A stretch of 64,000 nucleotides of DNA from an uncultured beta proteobacterium (GTDB taxonomy: Bacteria; Pseudomonadota; Gammaproteobacteria; Burkholderiales; Casimicrobiaceae): assembly GCA_963810815.1 (NCBI GenBank), contig CAWEPB010000002.1, forward strand, positions 80,940-144,939. The letters are read 5' to 3'. The translations under genes were made by a program, and so were the position numbers. Position 1 is the stretch's first letter; the number at the start of each line of letters is the position of its first letter. Below, piece by piece: positions 27,624 through 36,654 of this stretch. The notes under the pieces are model-generated. The model made no database searches and had not been told where the DNA came from. It saw only the letters and a list, made by a program, of their open reading frames with translations.

Positions 27624-27881
27624 ATGGGCATCATGGGCATCATCTGGATGATTGTCGTGGGCTTCATCGTCGGCGTCCTGGCGCGCTTCGTCTATCCCGG
27701 CGCCGTGCCCCTCGGCTTCTGGCTGACCGCGCTGCTCGGCATCGGCGGTTCGATCGTCGGCGGGTTGATCGGCCAGATGTTCGGCGGCGACAAGAGCGGC
27801 TCGTTCACGCCCGCCGGCTGGCTGCTGTCGATCGTCGGCTCGGTGATCCTGATCTGGGCGTGGACCACCTTCATGCGCTGA
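27624..27881 (+). CDS. GlsB/YeaQ/YmgE family small membrane protein
   Basis: MGIMGIIWMIVVGFIVGVLARF... followed by Gly-rich TM repeats typical of the transglycosylase-associated family. The ATG at 27624 has better RBS spacing than the track start 27609. Confidence 0.8.
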   Translation: MGIMGIIWMIVVGFIVGVLARFVYPGAVPLGFWLTALLGIGGSIVGGLIGQMFGGDKSGSFTPAGWLLSIVGSVILIWAWTTFMR

Positions 27882-27924
27882 CGGGGCGGCCGGCGGACGG
27901 CCGCCGGCGCGCGCCATCGCCTCG

Positions 27925-29038
27925 ATGACCACGCTCGCCGACCTCGAGGCAGCGGCGCGGCGCGTCTACGCCGCGATGGCGCCGACGCCGCAGTACGCGT
28001 GGCCGCTCCTCGCCCGCCGCGCGGGCCGGGAGGTCTGGGTCAAGCACGAGAACCACACGCCGACCGGCGCCTTCAAGGTCCGCGGCGGCGTCAACCTGCT
28101 CGGCGCGATGGCCGAGCGGGGCGAGCGTCCCGCCGGCATCGTCAGCGCCACGCGCGGCAACCATGGGCAGAGCCTCGCGTTCGCCGCGCGACGGCACGGC
28201 CTGCGCTGCGTGATCGTCGTTCCGCACGGCAACTCGCCCGACAAGAACGCGGCGATGTCGGCGTTCGGTGCCGAGCTGGTCGAATTCGGCCGCGATTTCG
28301 ACGAGGCGCGCGGGCACGCGGCCGGCATCTCCGAGCGCGAGGGGCTGAAATTCGTCGGCCCGTTCGAGCCGGAACTCGTCGCCGGTGTCGGCACCTACGC
28401 GCTGGAGCTGTTTCGGGCCGTGCCCGATATCGACACGGTCTACGTGCCGATCGGCTGCGGCTCGGGAATCTGCGGACTGATCGCCGCGCGCGACGCGCTC
28501 GGGTTGGGGACGAGGATCGTCGGCGTCGTTTCCACCGCCGCCAACGCCTACGCGCAGTCGTTCCGGACTGCGCACCGCGGTCGAGACGGCGACCGCGAAC
28601 ACGCTGGCCGACGGGATGGCGGTCCGGGTGCCGGTGCCGGCGGCGCTGGAGATCATCTGGCGCGGGGCGCACGACGTCGTCGAGGTCACCGACGACGAGA
28701 TCGGACACGCGATCCGCGCGTACCACGACGACACCCACCAGCTGGCGGAGGGTGCGGGCGCGGCGCCGCTGGCCGCCCTGCTCGCCGCGGGCGCCGCGGC
28801 CGGTACGCGCGCCGCCGTGATCCTGTGCGGCGGCAACATCGACCGCGACGTCTACCGGGCGCGTGCATCGGCCAATGAGCGGCCAATGAGCGGTCACCGA
28901 GCGCATCGGCGTGAGCGGCCCACTCAGTGGCGACGAGCCGCGACCGAGCGGCTGCCGGCGCCGGCGGTGAATCAGGGATCGGCGAATACGGACACGCCGG
29001 CGGTCGCGGTGCCGCCGCGGCCATCGCTGATCGTGTAG
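27925..29038 (+). pseudogene. Threonine dehydratase/serine racemase-like PLP enzyme, disrupted by a +1 frameshift near 28573-28577 and with a 3' end altered by an 11-bp tandem duplication
   Basis: The N-part (27925 frame) has the PLP-Lys motif PTGAFKVRG and turns to Arg/Gly junk after ...AYAQSFRTA. The homologous continuation AVETATANTLADGMAVRVP...ILCGGNID is in the +1 frame (track ORF 28616..29038). The true 3' end is uncertain. Confidence 0.6.
28869..28893 (+). repeat. 11-bp direct tandem duplication (CGGCCAATGAG x2.3)
   Basis: cGGCCAATGAGcGGCCAATGAGcgg read directly. The unit length is not a multiple of 3. Confidence 0.85.
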
Positions 29039-31110
29039 GAAAAGCTGTCGTAGCCGACGAAGCCGTTGATCGCCTGGTAGATCAGCGTGTCGTTGGGCCC
29101 GCGGGTGAGCGTGGCCGAGCCCGACCCCGGCATCGTGAACGACACGATGGTCAGCGCGTCGCCGTCGGGGTCGCTGTCGTTGGCCAGCACGGCGATCGGC
29201 GTCGCGACCTGGTAGCCCGTCATCGCATAGTCGGCCTTCGCGACCGGGGCGCGGTTCCGGCGCGCGACGGTGACGGCGACCGAGGCCGCACCCGTGGCGC
29301 CCTTGCCGTCGGCGACGGTGTAGGTGAAGGCGTCCGGCCCGACGTAGCCCGGCGCCGGCGTGTAGAGGATGCGCCCGCCGGCGATCACCGCGCTGCCCTG
29401 CGCCGGCGCCGACACGCTGGCGATCGACAGCGTGTCGCCGTCGGGATCGGCGTCGTTGGCGAGCACGTCGAAGCTGTTGGCGCTGCTGTCCTGGTCGACG
29501 GAGTACGCGTCGCCGACCGGCGCCGGCGCCCGGTTCAGGTACTGCTTCGGTCCCTCGGACACCGCGGTCGTCGTCTGCTGTGTCGTGTAGACGTCGACGG
29601 TGCGCTTGTGCGCGGCCGGACTGACCAGCGCGCGGCGCACCCAGGCGGGCTCGGCGGCCACGACCTCCTCGCGCCACTCGATGCGCGGCGACGGTGCGGC
29701 GGGAACCGGCGCGGCGGCCGAAGGCGGTGCGGCGGGAGGCAGCGTGACCGCTTCCTCGCGCTCGACCACCGTGACGAACTCGATCTCGACGCGTCGGTTC
29801 TTCGGCCGGCCGGCCGCGTCGTTCGGGAAGCGCGGCGCGCGCTCGCCCATGCCTTCGGCGACGATCCGCCCCGCGGGCACGCCCGCGGCGACGAGGTAGT
29901 CGCGCACCGCCGTGGCGCGGCGCTGGGAAAGGGCGAGGTTGTACGCGTCCGGACCGAGGTCGCAGGTGTGGCCGGTCACGCGCAGGTTGCCTTCGTACGG
30001 CGTCGCCGCCAGCCGCGCGGCGATGGCGTCGAGGGCCGCCCTGGCGTCGGGACGCAGCACGCTGCGGTCGAGGTCGAAGAAGGCGTCGGCGGTCGCACTG
30101 GCGGTCGTCTTGACCAGGCGGCGTTCGACCCGCGGTGCCGACTGCGCAGTCGAGGCAGCCGCCGTCGCGGTGGGGGTCGGTGCCGGGATCGCCGCCGGCA
30201 CCTCGACCGGCACGCGCCGGACCTGGGCCGCCGGCTTCCACGCCGCGCCCCCGAACGAATAGCGGTACATCGCCACGACCCGGGCGTCGTTGGCGTCGGT
30301 TTCGAAATCGCCGCGCCGGTGGAGGAACTCGCCGACCACGCCGACGCTGTGCGGCGTGCCGGCGAAGAACTTCTCCGCGCCGAGCGTCAAGGTCGCCTGG
30401 TTCGCGTTGCCTTCACCCCATTCGTAGTCGCCGCCGACGGTCAGCCGCAGCAGCGGCCCCTCGTAGAAACGGCCTGCGCGCACGCCGACGCCGTAGTCCC
30501 ACGCGCGCTCGAAGCTGCGGGTGGTGACCGTCGTCGCGATGTCCTGCTGGTAGGGCCGGCCGGCGTCGACGCCGCTGACCGTCTGCACCGACGACGTCGA
30601 AACCAGGCCGGTCTGCCGCCGCCCGGTGATCGCTGCCGCCGCGTAACCCTCGGCAAACCAGGCGGGCGTTTCGATGCCGCCGCCCAGCGTGATCTTGCGG
30701 TCGCGCCACTCGTTCTGGTCGGCGGCGACGAAGAACTTCCGCACCGCGGCGTCCGCGCCGCCCTGCTCCGGCTGCCACTGGTACGAAACCTTCGCGCCCC
30801 CGGCCGAGCTGGCGGTGGCCCAGAGCTCGCCGATCCACGCCGCGCGCGCGGTCTCGCCGAAGACGAAGAACGCCTCGCCGGCAAGTCCGTTCTCGCTGTC
30901 GTAACCGATGCCCAGGCGGTAGGTGTCGCCGACGAAACGCAGGTCGAGCGGCGCGGCGGCCGGCGCGGGGACGGGTGTCGGAGGCTGCTGCGCGAGCGCA
31001 AAGGGTGCGTACGGCGCCAGCAACGCCAGCGCGAGGGCGGAAGCGACCGGACGGCGGGCGAAACGGCAGCGGCCGGGCAGGGAACGGCGGACGGAAGTCG
31101 GGCGTGACAC
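28972..31110 (-). CDS. Chimeric outer-membrane protein: N-terminal beta-barrel-like domain + OmpA_C-like peptidoglycan-binding domain + two cadherin-like/VCBS-type repeats
   Basis: GTG start at 31110 (AGGA 6 nt upstream); there is no in-frame ATG. Signal peptide ...ALALALLAPYAPFALAQ. The barrel-like alternating segment ends ...VVAMYRYSF. OmpA_C motif NLALSQRRATAVRDYL...NRRVEIEF. Two repeats carry VLANDADPDGDTL and VLANDSDPDGDAL. 712 aa. Confidence 0.75.
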   Translation of the reverse strand: MSRPTSVRRSLPGRCRFARRPVASALALALLAPYAPFALAQQPPTPVPAPAAAPLDLRFVGDTYRLGIGYDSENGLAGEAFFVFGETARAAWIGELWATASSAGGAKVSYQWQPEQGGADAAVRKFFVAADQNEWRDRKITLGGGIETPAWFAEGYAAAAITGRRQTGLVSTSSVQTVSGVDAGRPYQQDIATTVTTRSFERAWDYGVGVRAGRFYEGPLLRLTVGGDYEWGEGNANQATLTLGAEKFFAGTPHSVGVVGEFLHRRGDFETDANDARVVAMYRYSFGGAAWKPAAQVRRVPVEVPAAIPAPTPTATAAASTAQSAPRVERRLVKTTASATADAFFDLDRSVLRPDARAALDAIAARLAATPYEGNLRVTGHTCDLGPDAYNLALSQRRATAVRDYLVAAGVPAGRIVAEGMGERAPRFPNDAAGRPKNRRVEIEFVTVVEREEAVTLPPAAPPSAAAPVPAAPSPRIEWREEVVAAEPAWVRRALVSPAAHKRTVDVYTTQQTTTAVSEGPKQYLNRAPAPVGDAYSVDQDSSANSFDVLANDADPDGDTLSIASVSAPAQGSAVIAGGRILYTPAPGYVGPDAFTYTVADGKGATGAASVAVTVARRNRAPVAKADYAMTGYQVATPIAVLANDSDPDGDALTIVSFTMPGSGSATLTRGPNDTLIYQAINGFVGYDSFSYTISDGRGGTATAGVSVFADP

Positions 31111-31145
31111 GGGAAATCCTGGCGTAAAGAGCAACCCCGCAACGG

Positions 31146-31736
31146 TCAGACGAGGTCGGCGGCGGGGCCCAGGACCTGTTCGCGCAACTCGCGGTAGCGC
31201 GGCATCTGCGGCGGATAGACGCAGATGTACTTCACCTGCGCGGCCTGCAGGCAGCGCTGCTTGATCATCTCGAGCTTCTGGTCGCGCGGATTGACCACCT
31301 GATCCGGTTCCTTCGAGTCGACGATGGCGACGATGGTCATGTCGCGGTCGCAGATGACGAAGCCGACATGCTGGTTCGCGATCTTGCGGAACGCGCGCAG
31401 CCGCTCCATGCCCTGCGGTCCGATCTTGACCTGCAGCACGTCGGAGAGGCGGATGCGGGCGAAGATCTCGTGCCGCGGGAACGCGGCCCGGAGCAGCAGG
31501 TAGACGACGCCCTCGGCCTTGGTGAGGAAGCGCGGGCGCAGCAGGTAGAGTCCGGGAAGCTCGGCCGACGACAGCAGGCGCGTCGTCTCGCCTTCGGTCC
31601 ATTGCGCGACGGTGTTGGGGGAGTCGCCGGCGGACTTGACGCCACCGCCGGCGGACCGATTGCGGCGGACGAGTCCGACGATCACCGCGACCACCAGCGC
31701 GGCGATCGCGATTCCGAACAGGATTCCGGCGTTCAT
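31146..31736 (-). CDS. Membrane-anchored DUF2726-like (PD-(D/E)xK nuclease-fold-related) protein
   Basis: ATG at 31736 (the track start 31742 is TTG). N-terminal TM GILFGIAIAALVVAVIVGLV. C-terminal region LTKAEGVVYLLL...HVGFVICDRDMTIVAIVDSKEP resembles DUF2726. Confidence 0.65.
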   Translation of the reverse strand: MNAGILFGIAIAALVVAVIVGLVRRNRSAGGGVKSAGDSPNTVAQWTEGETTRLLSSAELPGLYLLRPRFLTKAEGVVYLLLRAAFPRHEIFARIRLSDVLQVKIGPQGMERLRAFRKIANQHVGFVICDRDMTIVAIVDSKEPDQVVNPRDQKLEMIKQRCLQAAQVKYICVYPPQMPRYRELREQVLGPAADLV

Positions 31737-32123
31737 CTGCAAGGTAGTGTCGCTCGGCGAAGGTCGCGGCGGCAGTCGGACCTGCAGACAACCGGGCGGG
31801 TGGCGAGGGTCATGGTTCGTTGCGCAGGGCGGGAGGGATGGGCTCCCGAGGTCGCCGCTAGTCTAAATCATTTCTCCGGACGGCTGTTGCGGCGACGACC
31901 GCGGTTCGGCGGCCCGGGCCGGGTTTCGGGCATCGGCGCGACACCCCTCGGCATCGGCGGGCCCCCGGCGACGGCGGCCCGCAGGGCCTGCCGGTGCCTC
32001 ATCGCCGCGCTCGCGCAGCAGGCGCAGGGCGGCGTCGACGACGCGCAGCTTTCGCGCCTGCGCCGGCAGCTCGCGGCCGCGCGTCCGCCGACGCTGCCGC
32101 TCGCCGCGCCGTCTACCTGACCC

Positions 32124-32159
32124 CCACAAAAGACAAAGCCCAGCGCGAGGCCGGGCTTT
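32124..32159 (-). terminator. Rho-independent terminator after groEL
   Basis: The minus strand reads AAAGCCCGGCCTCGCGCTGGGCTTT followed by GTCTTTTGT, about 60 nt after the groEL stop. Confidence 0.6.
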
Positions 32160-32219
32160 GCATTGATGCCGCGGGGCGAACCCGCGTCGCGCGCAACGCG
32201 CGTGCTCGGGGGCGAGCGA

Positions 32220-33917
<1,698 letters not shown>

Positions 33918-34205
33918 TCAGCCGACGATGCCGATGACGTCGTCTTCGCGCATGTGCAGGAGGTCCTGGCCCTCGAGCTTGAATTCCTGGCCGGAGTACT
34001 TGCCGAAGAGCACCTTGTCGCCGGGCTTGACGCCCATCGGGACCAGCTTGCCGTTGTCGTCGGTCTTGCCCGGGCCGGCAGCGACCACCTCGCCCATCGA
34101 GGGCTTCTCCGCCGCCGTGTCGGGGATGACGATGCCGCCTGCGGATTTCCGTTCTTCTTCGAGCCGCTTGACGATGATGCGATCGTGCAGAGGACGCAGT
34201 TTCAT
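33918..34205 (-). CDS. groS: Co-chaperonin GroES
   Basis: ATG at 34205 gives [18 protein letters not shown]...; 95 aa. The track start 34217 is a GTG that overlaps the last base of the RBS. Confidence 0.95.
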   Translation of the reverse strand: MKLRPLHDRIIVKRLEEERKSAGGIVIPDTAAEKPSMGEVVAAGPGKTDDNGKLVPMGVKPGDKVLFGKYSGQEFKLEGQDLLHMREDDVIGIVG

Positions 34206-34314
34206 GTTAGTGCTCACTCCTGTTGGAAATTTCCATTGGAATCAGACGCTTGGGGCCGCGCTCTGGGCGCGGCCCGGCAGGAGCGGCTTGACGGCGTCCG
34301 GACGGACGCCGTTG

Positions 34315-34341
34315 TTAGCACTCACCGCCAGCGAGTGCTAA
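34315..34341 (-). promoter_or_regulatory. CIRCE operator (HrcA binding site)
   Basis: TTAGCACTC-ACCGCCAGC-GAGTGCTAA is a perfect match to the CIRCE consensus TTAGCACTC-N9-GAGTGCTAA. It lies upstream of groES. Confidence 0.85.
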
Positions 34342-34369
34342 TTATAGGGGCGGACTACAGGCGATGCAA
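34341..34369 (-). promoter_or_regulatory. sigma70-type promoter of groESL
   Basis: On the minus strand, TTGCAT (34369-34364), a 17-nt spacer, then TATAAT (34346-34341). The -10 abuts CIRCE, so transcription would start inside the operator. Confidence 0.6.
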
Positions 34370-34451
34370 CCCCGACGGCCGACGGCACGCACCGACCGCG
34401 GCGGTTGCCGGGTCGTGTGATGGGGCCCTGTGCAGCGACCGACGGGCCGGA

Positions 34452-34955
34452 TCAGCCGCCGAGCTGGAGGTCGTCGGCGATGGCCTTGATGCCGGCGCGA
34501 GCGCAGCCGTCGTCGGTCTCGCCGGACGGCGCCCCGGAGATGCCGACGGCGCCGATGATGGTGCCGCCCGCCTCGATCGGGACGCCGCCGCCGACCATGA
34601 CGACCCCCTGGATGTGCCGGATGCCCGACGACAGCTCGCCGGACTGCGTGGCCTTGGCGAGACCGACCGTGTCGGCGCGGAACGAGACCGCGGTCCACGC
34701 TTTCGCCCTGGCCGTGTCCGGCGTGTGCGCGCCGGCGAACCGGTCGCGCAGCATGACCTGGGCGACGCCGCCGCGATCGACGACCGCCACGGCGACCTGG
34801 TAGCCGCCCTTGCGGCACTGCTCGAGCGCGGCCTGCGCCACCTTCAACGCGGCCTCGGGGGTGAGCTGGCGAACCGTGAACGTTGATTGCGCCGCGGCCG
34901 GTGAGGCTGCCGCCAGCGCGATCACCAGCGCCGCCAACGGAAAGGACATTCTCAT
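34452..34955 (-). CDS. GlcG/HbpS-like (DUF336) heme-binding protein with signal peptide
   Basis: GGAGGA RBS. Signal peptide MRMSFPLAALVIALAAASPAAA. Core ...AVAVVDRGG...GGGVPI...GAVGISGAPSGETDDGCA is typical of GlcG/DUF336. Confidence 0.8.
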   Translation of the reverse strand: MRMSFPLAALVIALAAASPAAAQSTFTVRQLTPEAALKVAQAALEQCRKGGYQVAVAVVDRGGVAQVMLRDRFAGAHTPDTARAKAWTAVSFRADTVGLAKATQSGELSSGIRHIQGVVMVGGGVPIEAGGTIIGAVGISGAPSGETDDGCARAGIKAIADDLQLGG

Positions 34956-35030
34956 CGCGATCCTCCTCGGAAAGTCGCGCCGGCAGGGCGGCGCAGGAAC
35001 CCAGTTTCCGCCCCGCGGGCCAGGCGACCG

Positions 35031-35044
35031 TTGACCAGGGTCAA
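35031..35044. promoter_or_regulatory. FNR/CRP-family-type palindrome TTGAC-CAGG-GTCAA
   Basis: Perfect dyad with the TTGA-N6-TCAA core. Centred about 82 nt upstream of the GlcG-like start codon and downstream of the terminator at 35081-35114. Confidence 0.4.
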
Positions 35045-35080
35045 TCGGAAATTGAACACGGGATCGGACGACACCTGGGC

Positions 35081-35114
35081 AAAAAAGAGCCGCCCGGGTC
35101 GCCCCGGACGGCTC
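35081..35114 (-). terminator. Rho-independent terminator after the NapC/NirT-like cytochrome gene
   Basis: The minus strand reads GAGCCGTCCGGGGCGACCCGGGCGGCTC followed by TTTTTT, 16 nt after the stop. Confidence 0.7.
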
Positions 35115-35129
35115 GCTTTCGCGCTGCCG

Positions 35130-36575
35130 CTACTTCTTCGCGTCCTTTTTCGCCGCTTCGGCCGTCTTCGCGGGGGCCGGTTTGGCCGGCTCGGCCGCCT
35201 TCGGCGCATCGGCGGCCGGCGCCGCCGCCTTCGCCGGCTCGACGTTGAGGTTGATCTCCGGCCACGTGCGCCCGTGGCAGGCGGGATTCGAGCAGAAGCT
35301 GCCGCCGTCGTTGCCGAACTTGACCGGGCCGTGGCACATCTTGCAGCTGTCGTCGAGGCTCAGGCGGTGCTCGCGCATCCAGTTCGCCGCGCCGTGGCTT
35401 TCCGGCGGCGTCAGGCCGGGCATCGTCGTCGAAGCCACCGTCTTCAGCGTGCCGTCGACGGTGACCTGCGGGATGTCGTGGCACAGCGTGCACTGCAGCC
35501 GGATCGCCTCGCCCTTCTCGTTGAAGTGCTTGCCGTCGTGGCAGCGGAAGCAGCCGGCCGAGTCCTTGTGGCCGGCGTGGTTCGGGAACGACTTCCAGGT
35601 CAGGTCCTTGGCCTCGAACTCCGACAGCTTCAGGATCTCGAGCATCGTTGCGCTGAACTGCTCCTCGGCCTTCTTCGCGTCGGGCTTGAGCTCGCCCTTC
35701 GGCCGCGCCTCGGCGATGATCCGCTCGAACTGCGGCACCTGCTGTTCCAGCGGCCCGTGCAGCGCCGACGCCTTGTCGATGATCGCCAGGGCGCGCGCCT
35801 TGATCGACGGCAGGTCGCGGCTGATGCGGCCCTCCTGCATCGCATCGTCGACGCGGTCGGCCGGGTTCCGGAACGGGTGGCCCGACGCGTTGTGGCAGTC
35901 GGCGCACTCCATCTTCCGCTTCGGCAGCTGGTCGAGCTCGGCGCGGGCGAGCTTGCTCGACGCGTCGACGTAAGTCGTGGACTTGCCGTCCTTGCCGGTG
36001 ATGCGGACCCAGGGAATGACCCGCTTCTGCTCGTCGACGGTGGCGAACTCGACGTTCTGGTCGACGTGCCAGTGGATGCCGCGCGTCGCGCCTTCGCGCG
36101 CCTCGCCGCCGCCGGTGTGGACGATCAGCCGGGTGCGCGACTCGGTGTTCTTGGCGTCGGTGTCGTAATGGACCTTGGTGCGGACTTTGTCGTCGTGGAC
36201 GTTGGTCGGCCAGTGGCAGTTCTCGCAGGAGTCGCGCGCCGGACGCATCGTCGTCGCGTGCAGCGGCCGCTCGTACCCGGTCAGCATCGCCCAGGGCTCG
36301 CGCCAGTGGCCGACCTTGGCCACCATCAGCTGCAGCGTCGGCAGCCGGCCCATGTGGCACTCGACGCAGTTGACCCGGGCGTGCGCCGAGACCGCGTGGG
36401 CCCGGGGCTCCTCCGGGTGCACCTGGTGGCACGAGTTCGTGCAGAACGCGTTGCTGTTCGTGTACTCCCAGAAGACGATGCCTCCGGCGCCGAGGACGGC
36501 GAGCGCGATCCCGACGACGACCAGCGTCGTCACCGTCCCCATCATCAGCGTCCGCCGACCCAGCTTGATGTTCAT
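35130..36575 (-). CDS. Membrane-anchored multiheme cytochrome c, NapC/NirT-like N-terminus (6 CXXCH + CX3CH + CX4CH)
   Basis: GAGAGGAAGG RBS. N-terminal TM TVTTLVVVGIALAVLGAGGIVFW. Heme sites are CTNSCH (CX3CH), CVECH, CENCH, CADCH, CFRCH, CTLCH, CKMCH and CSNPACH (CX4CH). Ala/Pro/Lys-rich C-terminal tail. 481 aa. Confidence 0.8.
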   Translation of the reverse strand: MNIKLGRRTLMMGTVTTLVVVGIALAVLGAGGIVFWEYTNSNAFCTNSCHQVHPEEPRAHAVSAHARVNCVECHMGRLPTLQLMVAKVGHWREPWAMLTGYERPLHATTMRPARDSCENCHWPTNVHDDKVRTKVHYDTDAKNTESRTRLIVHTGGGEAREGATRGIHWHVDQNVEFATVDEQKRVIPWVRITGKDGKSTTYVDASSKLARAELDQLPKRKMECADCHNASGHPFRNPADRVDDAMQEGRISRDLPSIKARALAIIDKASALHGPLEQQVPQFERIIAEARPKGELKPDAKKAEEQFSATMLEILKLSEFEAKDLTWKSFPNHAGHKDSAGCFRCHDGKHFNEKGEAIRLQCTLCHDIPQVTVDGTLKTVASTTMPGLTPPESHGAANWMREHRLSLDDSCKMCHGPVKFGNDGGSFCSNPACHGRTWPEINLNVEPAKAAAPAADAPKAAEPAKPAPAKTAEAAKKDAKK

Positions 36576-36654
36576 CGTCGCCTTCCTCTCGTCGTTTCGG
36601 TGCCTGCGCCGCCGCCGGACCGCGCCGTTCTCGCGCCGGAGGTGGATACGCGAA

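Noticed and set aside
28142-31107. ORFs 28142..30241 (minus, 699 aa), 28927..31107 (plus, 726 aa) and 27871..28839 (minus).
   Set aside because: They overlap the PLP-enzyme gene and the OmpA/cadherin gene, which have real motifs. The translations are Arg/Gly/Asp-rich with no signal of selection that I can see.
31812-32129. Candidate small ORFs downstream of groEL: plus 31812..32120 and minus 31863..32129.
   Set aside because: Neither has an RBS. Codon bias is uneven and the minus ORF is Arg-rich. They are kept only as a low-interest open question and not annotated as CDS.
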